Shown here piece by piece: positions 9,601-16,476 of a stretch of 32,000 bases of DNA. The notes beneath the pieces are model-generated. The model ran no database searches. It was not told the DNA's origin and worked only from the letters and a program-made list of their open reading frames with translations. The stretch is taken from the NCBI RefSeq assembly GCF_018398935.1, contig NZ_CP074694.1, positions 6,510,001-6,542,000 of the forward strand, read 5' to 3'. Source of the stretch: Telmatocola sphagniphila (GTDB lineage Bacteria; Planctomycetota; Planctomycetia; Gemmatales; Gemmataceae). Both the position numbers and the translations under genes were made by a program. Numbering within the stretch: position 1 is the stretch's first letter; each line of letters opens with the position of its first letter.

Positions 9601-9739
9601 CAAAGTCATCATCGGCGGACAATTGTTGAGCCTGTTTCTGGCTCTGTTGGTCACGCCGGTGGTCTATTCGCTGGTGGATGGGATGTGGAGTTGGGTGAGG
9701 AGGAAGGTGGGGGGCGCAAATAAAATTTCGAATTGGTAG
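6638..9739 (+). CDS. Efflux RND transporter permease subunit (AcrB/CzcA-type, ACR_tran family)
   Basis: The 1033-aa protein has the typical N-terminus (CIKRPVFTWVLV...), two large periplasmic loops and 12 predicted TM segments. The conserved TM4 region is LGLILAIGIVIDDAVVVHENIFR. It is translationally coupled to the adaptor by a 4-nt ATGA overlap. Confidence 0.95.
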   Translation: MTISDLCIKRPVFTWVLVTIPVVLGIVSYSKLGVDLFPKFDFPAVGIICNLPGSSAEEMESTVTKPVEEVLNAISGVKEMVSVTKEGLSQVTVLFVLEKDSNIAAQEVREKIASLTNGFPKGMDPPLIQKFEIDAAPIITLAVSGRRDVREVTEIAKHRVQEQLQTISGVGAVFLSGGKSRAINVIVNPDSLVSYGLSIEDVRQALLTQNVEVPGGIVQQGPRELILRTLGRVAKAEQFNDVIVTYRKGFPIRIRDIGRAEDTFEEQRGLARMDGQNAVALYIQKQSGTNTIAISDAVAERLEEIRKTLPPDIKIENIQDQSRFVRNSMSEVKKHLLLAGLLVSLTILLFIHDWRTTLIATLAIPTSIVPTFLFMYVMGFTLNNITMLGLILAIGIVIDDAVVVHENIFRFMEEKGMGAMEAAREGTREISLAVLATSLSLLVIFLPIAFMGGIVGRFFSSFGLTVAFAIVMSLFVSFTLTPMLCSRFLKLSHSNQSTAHSKSGWVWRLIEAVTGRSLAWSLRHRWIMVIISILVFFSTIPIASGMGFNLVPRDDTSEFQVSFVTPVGYSLDRVDQVVTEIENRLIQLPGVVHRFTSIGRNSDGGGKGQGDVTRGSIYFRMKELSERNYSQFDVQERARKILKEYPDLRCSVSDVSAFEGNGQDTRTFQVVLLGPELTKLEKYSEELVLKLRKIPGLSDVDTTMLNRKDEVQVAIDNDRASDLGIPVQTIANTLNVLIGGQIISRYKEGIEQYDVWLRADKDFRANPQTIGALTIPSPNAGPVQLSNLARTIEDRGPSQIDRYNRQRSVTILANPEGIPLNEAVTRARKILDEMEIPPEYKIDFKGQAETLGETGYYFIVAFVLSILFMYLILAAQFESWFQPLSILAPLPVTIPFGLISLVLFRSSMDLYAMFGLFMLIGIVKKNGILQIDKTNQLREAGVERDEALREANHTRLRPILMTTMMLMAAMVPIALGQGPGAGERASMAKVIIGGQLLSLFLALLVTPVVYSLVDGMWSWVRRKVGGANKISNW

Positions 9740-9889
9740 TAAAGTTCTAGCTGGCAATTCCTGTACGGCGGATGCCGGCAGCTCAATCTATTAGATCGAA
9801 TTCCCGACTTCGGTTCATTATTGACTGTGCTCCAGGAAGAGCTTATGCTCTTTCAACGTCGTTGCTGTTCTGCAGTAGAATCGTAACTA

Positions 9890-10909
9890 ATGGGAGGGAT
9901 CGTGCTTGCCCCTTTTGTTTTGGCCGCATTTGTAGGTTTACCATGGTGGCCAACTCTCCCTACGTTTGAATTGAAAGCAGTTTTCGCGGCCAAAGTGGAT
10001 ACGTTCGGATCGAAGCTTGTATATCTGGAAGATGGTTCGCTTGAAAAGAATGGCTCTTTTCTTCTCGTTGTTTCGATGGCTGGAAACAAAGGGAAAATTT
10101 ACTGGTTACTTCCTGGAAAAAGCTATAGCGAATTGATTGCAACGCTCGATTTCTTTCCTACTGCAGTTCTCAAACATCCTACGAAGAACGCCATTTTGAT
10201 TGGAGATTACAATGGCTCGATTCATTACTTTGATATCGAAAAGAAAAAAGTCTCAAGCGCTCTGAAAGTGCACGATACTCAAATCGCAGATTTGATTTAT
10301 CGAAATAAAAACAACCAGCTGATTACGCTTGGCTACGATGGAAAAGTTGTACTTTTGGATCTTTTGAAATTTCAGACCGAGAAAACGTTTCAACTCACGG
10401 CTCAAGCTTTCAAAGTTCGCGGGGAAAAAGAGTACCATCTTCGCACTGCCGTGCTTGCCAAAGAAGCTGATCTACTCTACATAGGCGATGAGAATTGCAC
10501 AATTACGGTTCTTGACCTTAAAAGTGGAAAGCTCTTAAGGCGATATGAGGAGCATACAGCTTCGGTCAACAAATTAATTCTGAATAAAGATGGCTCGAAG
10601 CTCTTTTCTTTCTCGCAAACTGGTCGCATAGTCAGCATCGACGTCAAAACATCTGAAACGAAAACTATAGTTAACGGCTTTGAGAGTGGGATCTGTGATG
10701 CATTTCTTTTGAAGGAATCCTTGTATCTCACCAAAGAGAGTCATCTGAGAATTTTTAATCTGGATTCAAAAAAACAGAGTTATTTGGCACCACCCTTGGG
10801 CTCGAATGAATTTACAAATTGCATTTACGGTGAAGATAGTAAAAAATCCCAGTTTTTTGCCCTAACTACTCAGGATGGAATGGTCTATATTTATCGAATA
10901 AAAGACTGA
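9890..10909 (+). CDS. Membrane-anchored or secreted beta-propeller protein with degenerate WD40-like repeats
   Basis: Hydrophobic N-terminus GGIVLAPFVLAAFVGLPWW. Repeated blade-like units include LIGDYNGSIHYFDIEKKK, HDTQIADLIYRNKNNQLITLGYDGKVVLLDL, LYIGDENCTITVLDLKSGK, EHTASVNKLILNKDGSKLFSFSQTGRIVSIDV and ALTTQDGMVYIYRIKD. The gene lies in the low-GC islet. Confidence 0.65.
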   Translation: MGGIVLAPFVLAAFVGLPWWPTLPTFELKAVFAAKVDTFGSKLVYLEDGSLEKNGSFLLVVSMAGNKGKIYWLLPGKSYSELIATLDFFPTAVLKHPTKNAILIGDYNGSIHYFDIEKKKVSSALKVHDTQIADLIYRNKNNQLITLGYDGKVVLLDLLKFQTEKTFQLTAQAFKVRGEKEYHLRTAVLAKEADLLYIGDENCTITVLDLKSGKLLRRYEEHTASVNKLILNKDGSKLFSFSQTGRIVSIDVKTSETKTIVNGFESGICDAFLLKESLYLTKESHLRIFNLDSKKQSYLAPPLGSNEFTNCIYGEDSKKSQFFALTTQDGMVYIYRIKD

Positions 10910-10915
10910 AGTACT

Positions 10916-10932
10916 CAAATCGTTATGATTTG
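10916..10932. terminator. Short AT-rich hairpin between convergent genes (weak bidirectional terminator candidate)
   Basis: CAAATC (10916-10921) pairs with GATTTG (10927-10932), a 6-bp stem with a 5-nt loop. It sits in the 25-nt spacer between the stops at 10909 and 10935. Confidence 0.2.
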
Positions 10933-10934
10933 CT

Positions 10935-11420
10935 CTACTTTTCCAAAAGCGAATCGAAATCGCTGGCATTTACTCGGATAAAATCAGCCAAAGGCTTTTC
11001 AATTTTCTTATTCTGTTTAGATGCGATCCGATCGATATTTTCGCGGATATTCTCTGGTATTTTCTCGTAGAGTTCCAATCTCAGATTGTGATCTTCTGGT
11101 ACTACACCATTCGGATAATAGGACAGTAGTTCTTTGAATGCCTTGGCCATCTCAGTCAGGCCAATCAACTCGAAGGCTTCCATCGTGTACTTGTAATCGA
11201 AATTGTTTGGAGACTGCTTCCTTTGAAGCCAATAGCAGAATCCGCCATTATCCAAGTCGCCACTGGCTAACCAAATTTGATCCACGACACGATGGCTGAC
11301 GTTAGTCCAGTCGGCAGAATGGGAATCGCCATACTTTTCGCATAACCAGCAGAAAATGGAATCACTGATCTCAAAATCAGAGCTATTCCGTAGAAATTCT
11401 TCCATTTTCGATGAGGGCAT
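10935..11420 (-). CDS. DMP19/DUF4375-like protein
   Basis: Start trimmed to the ATG at 11420 (MPSSKMEEF...), which removes the overlap with the upstream gene. Family-like features are DLDNGGFCYWLQ (the NGGF core), then AFELIGLTEMAKAFKELLSYYP, and a C-terminal LADFIRVNASDF. This is recognition from memory of the family pattern, not a search. Confidence 0.6.
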   Translation of the reverse strand: MPSSKMEEFLRNSSDFEISDSIFCWLCEKYGDSHSADWTNVSHRVVDQIWLASGDLDNGGFCYWLQRKQSPNNFDYKYTMEAFELIGLTEMAKAFKELLSYYPNGVVPEDHNLRLELYEKIPENIRENIDRIASKQNKKIEKPLADFIRVNASDFDSLLEK

Positions 11421-11484
11421 ACAAATCCTTAATTCGAGATGCAATGCAATTACATTGTAACGCCTCAAAAAATATCGATCAAAT

Positions 11485-12177
11485 CTATTTGAATGAAATA
11501 TTCGCGTATTTTGACCACCCATCAAGGAAATTTAATTGTATTGAGTTTAATCGGATTGCAGGACGTGCAGATTTGATGAGAGTCACCGCAGATAGTGGAT
11601 TCAAAGCCAAACGACGTTCAAGCAGAATCACTGCTGCCAAAGTGACGGAACGGCCATGTCCGTTGGCACAGTGAATATACACTCGTCCAGGCGTGTTGAC
11701 GGCTTCTGATACTAGCTTTTGCATCTGGCTGATATCAAGTGGTACTGTTGCATCGAGTGTAGGTAGACACCGATACCCAGGTAACAAACGTATCGAACGC
11801 GGAGCGGGGAACTCTGCAGTTAAGTCGATAATTAGTACATCTGTACTTGGTAACTCATAAAGAAAAGCTCGACGTCCGACATACAAACCTGGTGATACCT
11901 CGTTCCAGCAAGCCTCGCGAGTCAACATTCGCTGAATGTGCCAGATTAACCAAGTAAATAGCAAGAAAGGTAGCAAGACTAGAATGTTTACGATTCTTAG
12001 TCTTCCATCTTGCTGCTTCCCGTAGATAGAAGGTCCGATTTTTATATAACCCAATCCCACAATCACAAGCCCGACGAAGACCCAAGTCAAAACAGCTGAA
12101 ATATGAGGATTCCTGTACGAAACAAACGCTATTAAGCATGCCAAAGCCAGAAAGAAGACCCCAATCCGAGGATTCAC
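11485..12177 (-). CDS. Membrane-anchored dual-specificity (CX5R) protein-tyrosine-phosphatase-fold protein
   Basis: About three N-terminal hydrophobic helices (IGVFFLALACLIAFV, AVLTWVFVGLVIVGLGYI, IVNILVLLPFLLFTWLIW). These are followed by a DSP-like domain with LYVGR, a candidate D-loop PTLDATVP and the active-site signature HCANGHGRS. Confidence 0.8.
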   Translation of the reverse strand: MNPRIGVFFLALACLIAFVSYRNPHISAVLTWVFVGLVIVGLGYIKIGPSIYGKQQDGRLRIVNILVLLPFLLFTWLIWHIQRMLTREACWNEVSPGLYVGRRAFLYELPSTDVLIIDLTAEFPAPRSIRLLPGYRCLPTLDATVPLDISQMQKLVSEAVNTPGRVYIHCANGHGRSVTLAAVILLERRLALNPLSAVTLIKSARPAIRLNSIQLNFLDGWSKYANISFK

Positions 12178-12333
12178 GATTGTTCAACCTGAGTTAAGAT
12201 TGCGACGGAAAACATAGGACTACAACTTTGTCTAAACATATCAATCAAAAAGACGATAGAGAGCGGCATCGAGTCTGCATCCCATTCGGTAATAACTTTA
12301 TTACTGTCGGTCAGTGTGTGGATGGATCTTCCC

Positions 12334-12798
12334 TCACCTCCCCAACAACTTCCTCTTCTTGTACAGATGCACCAGGTGCCCTTCGAGGTGTTGGTTGTAC
12401 TTCTCCACGAACTCCTTCAGCGACTCCAGCCCGTTTTCGCTGTGCACCCCAGTACGATCAAAAGTTTCCGGTGAGAGCTTTCGCAGCACGTCCACGAATA
12501 GTTCCCGATTCAACTGAAAGACCCTTGCACACTTGACGGCATCCGTCGTGGTGTAAAAGAGATTTTTGGCAAAGGCCGTTTCGTCGTAGCCCAACAGTAG
12601 CGGTTTGGGCATGGCGATCACTCGCTTCATCCGCTCCGTACCCACGAGATCGCTATCCATCAGGTGAATGATAATTTCGCGAATGCTCCAGGTACCTGGA
12701 ATCGGGTAGGCATCCAACTCGGCCGGGCTCAGAGCCTCGATAGCTCGTAAAGGCTTCTCGGCGCCAGTGGCATACTCGTCGATCAGTTTCGAAATCAT
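12334..12798 (-). CDS. DinB-family (DinB_2-like) four-helix-bundle metalloprotein
   Basis: The 154-aa protein has the family-typical layout: WSIREIIIHLMDSDLVGTERM, LSPETFDRTGVHSENG and EKYNQHLEGHLVHL (His-containing helices). Confidence 0.7.
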   Translation of the reverse strand: MISKLIDEYATGAEKPLRAIEALSPAELDAYPIPGTWSIREIIIHLMDSDLVGTERMKRVIAMPKPLLLGYDETAFAKNLFYTTTDAVKCARVFQLNRELFVDVLRKLSPETFDRTGVHSENGLESLKEFVEKYNQHLEGHLVHLYKKRKLLGR

Positions 12799-13093
12799 TG
12801 CGGAGTCTTTCGTTGAACGGAGTGTGGAATAAAGCGATTTTATGCAAAATGAGAACGGCGTTCACCGAAAGGTTCGCGTGCGCTGTACCTGAAGGAAAAA
12901 TCATTTGGCGACGAATTGAACTGGCTTCGCGGATTTTTTACTTGATGTTATCTGTCAAAGTCGGCAGAATCGCTACTCATCCCCAACCGGAAGGAATTTT
13001 CGTGTTCCTAGTTCGTGCAAATTCAGGTCAATTCGGTTAGCATCGATTTCGTGACTATCCTCAGCGATAAACTCATCGGATCCTAGCAAAACC

Positions 13094-16000
13094 ATGACTC
13101 GACTTCTTTGTTTACTCGTTCTTGCATTGTTTTACGCTCCCGTTCAGGCGGACGATGGTCCCGCCAAAGCCCCCGCCGGGTTCGATAAATTAAGCTATCG
13201 CTCTATCGGGCCAGGCACCGGCGGCCGAGTGTCCCGAGTCTTCGGCGTTCCGGGCGATCCCTTGACTTACTATGCCGCCTCGGCCTCCGGCGGTGTCTGG
13301 AAATCGTCCGATGGCGGCGTCAGCTTCAAACCGATTTTCGACGATCAACCCTGCCAGGCCATCGGCTCGATAGCCGTTTCGGTTTCCGACCCGAACGTGA
13401 TTTACGTCGGTACCGGCGAAGCGAATATTCGCGGTAACTGCGCGGCGGGCATCGGTATCTTCAAATCGACCGATGCCGGTAAAACCTGGAAACATGTCTG
13501 GAAGCAGATCGGCCATATCGGAACGATGGCCGTGCATCCCAAGGATCCCGATATCGCTTTTGCGGCGGTGCTGGGACATGCTTTTGGACCCAATCCGGAA
13601 CGAGGCGTCTACCGCACCACCGATGGTGGCCGAACCTGGAACCGCGTTTTATTTAAAGACAACGACACGGGGGCTTCCGATGTCTGCATCGACCCGAATA
13701 ATCCTCGCGTGATTTTCGCCGGACTTTGGCAGACTCGTCGCAAACCCTGGGACATGACCAGTGGCGGGCCGGGCAGCGGCCTCTACGTTTCCCGCGATGG
13801 CGGTGACACCTGGGACCAGATTGGCCCGGGCGTAACCGACAAAAAGAAAAAGAAACAGGATAAACCCAAGGAAGAGGATGAGGACGCTCTGCCACCCGCA
13901 CCCTGGGGCAAAATCGGCATTGCGATCGCACCTTCGAATTCCAATCGCGTCTACGCAACCATTGAAGCGGAAAAGGGGGGCTTGTTCCTCTCCAACGATG
14001 GCGGCAGTTCCTGGACGAAAGCCAGCGGCGAACGAGCGATCCGCCAGCGGGCCTGGTACTATAGCACGCTGACAGTTGATCCCAGCAATCCGGATGTCAT
14101 CTGGATGCCGCAGGTGAACATGCTGAAATCGATCGATGCCGGGAAGACCTTTAACCGGGTCGGCGGCATGCATCACGGCGATAATCACGATCTCTGGATC
14201 GATCCCAAAAATCCCAAGCGGATGATCGGGGCCAACGACGGTGGGGTCGATATCAGCACCGATGGCGGCAATAGCTGGTTCTATCCGCCGCTGCCCATTG
14301 CTCAGTTCTATCACGTCAACGTCGATGAACAGTTTCCCTATCGCGTGATGGGTAACATGCAGGATGTCGGCACCGCACATGGTCCGAGCAATTCCCTCAA
14401 GAGTTCCGGTATTGTACTGGGCGACTGGAAGGGCGTGGGCGGCGGCGAAACCGGCTTCACCGTTCCCGATCCCAGCGACCCGAACGTTATTTATTCGGGC
14501 GAATACGGCGGCATCATTACCCGCCACGATGCCCGGACCGGACAGAGCCAGAATGTCACGATCTACCCCTATGATCCTTCCGGTCATGGAGCGGAAGATC
14601 TGCGTATTCGCTTTCAGTGGACTGCCCCGATCCTGATTTCCAAGTTCGATAGCAAAGTGGTTTACCACGGCGGCAACTTCCTCTATCGCACAATCGATGG
14701 CGGCAAAACCTGGCAGCAGGTGTCTCCCGATCTGACGCGAAATGATCGCACCAAGATGAAGTGGTCCGGCGGGCCGATCACCGGGGATAATACCGGCGTG
14801 GAAACCTACGGGACTATTTTCGCTCTGGCCGAATCTCCCAAACAGAAGGGAGTTCTTTGGACCGGGAGTGACGATGGCCTGGTGCAAATTTCCAAGGATG
14901 ACGGTAAGACCTGGACCAACGTGACCTCGGCCATCCCCGACATGCCCGATTGGGCCACGATTGTCTGCATCGAAGCCAGCCCGCATGACGCCGGAACGGC
15001 CTATGTCGTTGCGGAAGCTCATCGGCTCGATAATTACAAACCCTTATTGTGGGTGACCACCGACTTCGGCAAAACCTGGAAGGCCATAACCGAAGGGCTG
15101 GACCCGGAAGTCTATTTGCACGCAGTGCGGGAGGACACCAAGCGCAAGGGCCTACTTTATCTGGGCACCGAGCGGGGCGTGCAGCTTTCTTTCGACAACG
15201 GCGAGAGCTGGGAGCCGTTGCAACTGAACCTGCCGGCCGTGGCCGTGCATGACATTCAGGTGAAATTGAATGACCTGGTGCTGGCTACCTGTGGCCGGTC
15301 ATTCTGGATTCTGGACGATATCACCGCTCTGCGGGAGTGGAAAGAAGAAATTGAAGATAAGAAAGCTCACCTTTTCACCACCAGCCCGGCAATTCGCTGG
15401 CGGCTGGGCGGTTCGATCTCGGGGCACCAGACGCTGGGAGCCGGAGAGAATCCGCCGTATGGGGCCGTGTTCCAGTATTATTTGAAGGACAAGTCGAAAA
15501 AACCGGCGACCTTGGAGATAAAGAACGCGGCTGGGCAAAGAATTGTCTACTGGGATGCGAAGAACTCTAAGAAGGATAAGCCCGACTTCTCGCCCGATGG
15601 CGGCTTCCCGGAAGTGAGGACGCCGGAAATTCCGGCTGAAGCGGGTCTGAACCGTTTTGTCTGGGATCTGGCACACGCCGCCCCGGAAATCATCAGTAAA
15701 GCCAAAGTCGATCTCGGCGATCCAAGCAGCGGCCCACTGGTTGCACCCGGTACTTACACCGTGAACCTGACGTTTGACAAAGAAGTCATTACAGGTAAGT
15801 TCGAAGTTTGGGCCGATCCGCGTTTGAGCCAGCCCGGTCTGATTTTCGCGGCGAATGTGAACGGCAAGCTCGATCCGAAGCTGACCGAGCAGATGCAAGT
15901 TCAGGAAAAATTTTCGTTGCAATTACGAGAGGACATCAGCAAGCTGTCCGATATTGTTGGCAAACTGCGGGCGATACAGAAGCAGATCAAGCTGCATCAA

Positions 16001-16357
16001 GAGATTCTCAAGGATGAACAATCAACTAAGGATTGGGTGAAAGCGGCGACCGATCTGGCAACCAAGCTCGACAATTTAGAGCAAAAACTGCACAATCCCA
16101 AGGCACAAGTGTCCTACGATATATTAGCAATGCGCGGCGGTGCGAAATTGTACTCGCAACTCGTCAATCTATATGAGGCGAGCCGCGAATCGGATGGCGC
16201 ACCCACGCAAGGCGTTCGTGAAGTGACTGCGGAGATGGAAAAGGAATTGAGTCAACTCACGGCCGAATGGGATGCGATACTGGCCGGCGATGTGGCGAAA
16301 TTAAACGATTTGGCACAAAAAGTGGGATCGCCAAAGATTTTCATTCCGCGTCGTTAG
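13094..16357 (+). CDS. Secreted sortilin/VPS10-type BNR (Asp-box) repeat double-propeller protein, often annotated as a glycosyl-hydrolase-like protein
   Basis: Signal peptide MTRLLCLLVLALFYAPVQA/DD. At least 10 Asp-box motifs S/T-x-D-x-G-x-T/S-W/F: SSDGGVSF, STDAGKTW, TTDGGRTW, SRDGGDTW, SNDGGSSW, SIDAGKTF, STDGGNSW, TIDGGKTW, SKDDGKTW, TTDFGKTW and SFDNGESW. A C-terminal beta-sandwich plus a helical tail complete the protein. Confidence 0.85.
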   Translation: MTRLLCLLVLALFYAPVQADDGPAKAPAGFDKLSYRSIGPGTGGRVSRVFGVPGDPLTYYAASASGGVWKSSDGGVSFKPIFDDQPCQAIGSIAVSVSDPNVIYVGTGEANIRGNCAAGIGIFKSTDAGKTWKHVWKQIGHIGTMAVHPKDPDIAFAAVLGHAFGPNPERGVYRTTDGGRTWNRVLFKDNDTGASDVCIDPNNPRVIFAGLWQTRRKPWDMTSGGPGSGLYVSRDGGDTWDQIGPGVTDKKKKKQDKPKEEDEDALPPAPWGKIGIAIAPSNSNRVYATIEAEKGGLFLSNDGGSSWTKASGERAIRQRAWYYSTLTVDPSNPDVIWMPQVNMLKSIDAGKTFNRVGGMHHGDNHDLWIDPKNPKRMIGANDGGVDISTDGGNSWFYPPLPIAQFYHVNVDEQFPYRVMGNMQDVGTAHGPSNSLKSSGIVLGDWKGVGGGETGFTVPDPSDPNVIYSGEYGGIITRHDARTGQSQNVTIYPYDPSGHGAEDLRIRFQWTAPILISKFDSKVVYHGGNFLYRTIDGGKTWQQVSPDLTRNDRTKMKWSGGPITGDNTGVETYGTIFALAESPKQKGVLWTGSDDGLVQISKDDGKTWTNVTSAIPDMPDWATIVCIEASPHDAGTAYVVAEAHRLDNYKPLLWVTTDFGKTWKAITEGLDPEVYLHAVREDTKRKGLLYLGTERGVQLSFDNGESWEPLQLNLPAVAVHDIQVKLNDLVLATCGRSFWILDDITALREWKEEIEDKKAHLFTTSPAIRWRLGGSISGHQTLGAGENPPYGAVFQYYLKDKSKKPATLEIKNAAGQRIVYWDAKNSKKDKPDFSPDGGFPEVRTPEIPAEAGLNRFVWDLAHAAPEIISKAKVDLGDPSSGPLVAPGTYTVNLTFDKEVITGKFEVWADPRLSQPGLIFAANVNGKLDPKLTEQMQVQEKFSLQLREDISKLSDIVGKLRAIQKQIKLHQEILKDEQSTKDWVKAATDLATKLDNLEQKLHNPKAQVSYDILAMRGGAKLYSQLVNLYEASRESDGAPTQGVREVTAEMEKELSQLTAEWDAILAGDVAKLNDLAQKVGSPKIFIPRR

Positions 16358-16476
16358 CAGTTGTTTGGGCGGGGAAATTGGTTATAAGTAGCCGGTCGGT
16401 TTTTTAATCTTTTAGGAATCGGCCAGCTATTTGGACCCCGCCTTAATTGGACAACCATACAACTGGAGGCAATTTC

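Noticed and set aside
9749-9783. Imperfect hairpin AGCTG-GCA / TGC-CGG-CAGCT after the RND permease stop, as its terminator.
   Set aside because: The stem is only 5+3 bp and is interrupted by a 3-nt bulge. There is no downstream T-tract. This is too weak to call.
9740-12333. Classical mobile element or genomic island with att sites for the low-GC islets (also 23612-24730).
   Set aside because: No integrase, transposase, recombinase or tRNA gene is present. I could find no direct or inverted repeats shared between the two edges by eye. They are therefore reported only as compositional islets.
12798-13040. 80-aa ORF in the 295-bp divergent region between the DinB-like and sortilin-like genes. 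Similar small intergenic ORFs occur at 5237-5458, 9772-9969, 17755-17952 and 23650-23853.
   Set aside because: They have TTG or weak starts, no ribosome-binding context and no recognisable motif. They overlap neighbouring start codons or terminator hairpins. They cannot be supported from sequence alone.
13649-15022. 457-aa ORF on the - strand, the largest of several long antisense ORFs. Others are 1327-2316, 5559-6188, 16495-17415, 19332-19856, 20024-20695, 21668-22288, 27231-27866, 29508-30116 and 30879-31784.
   Set aside because: Each lies entirely inside, and antisense to, a CDS with strong family motifs. Their translations are Arg/Gly/Pro/His-rich low-complexity sequence with no recognisable motif. 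Long open antisense frames are expected in GC-rich, GC3-biased genes.
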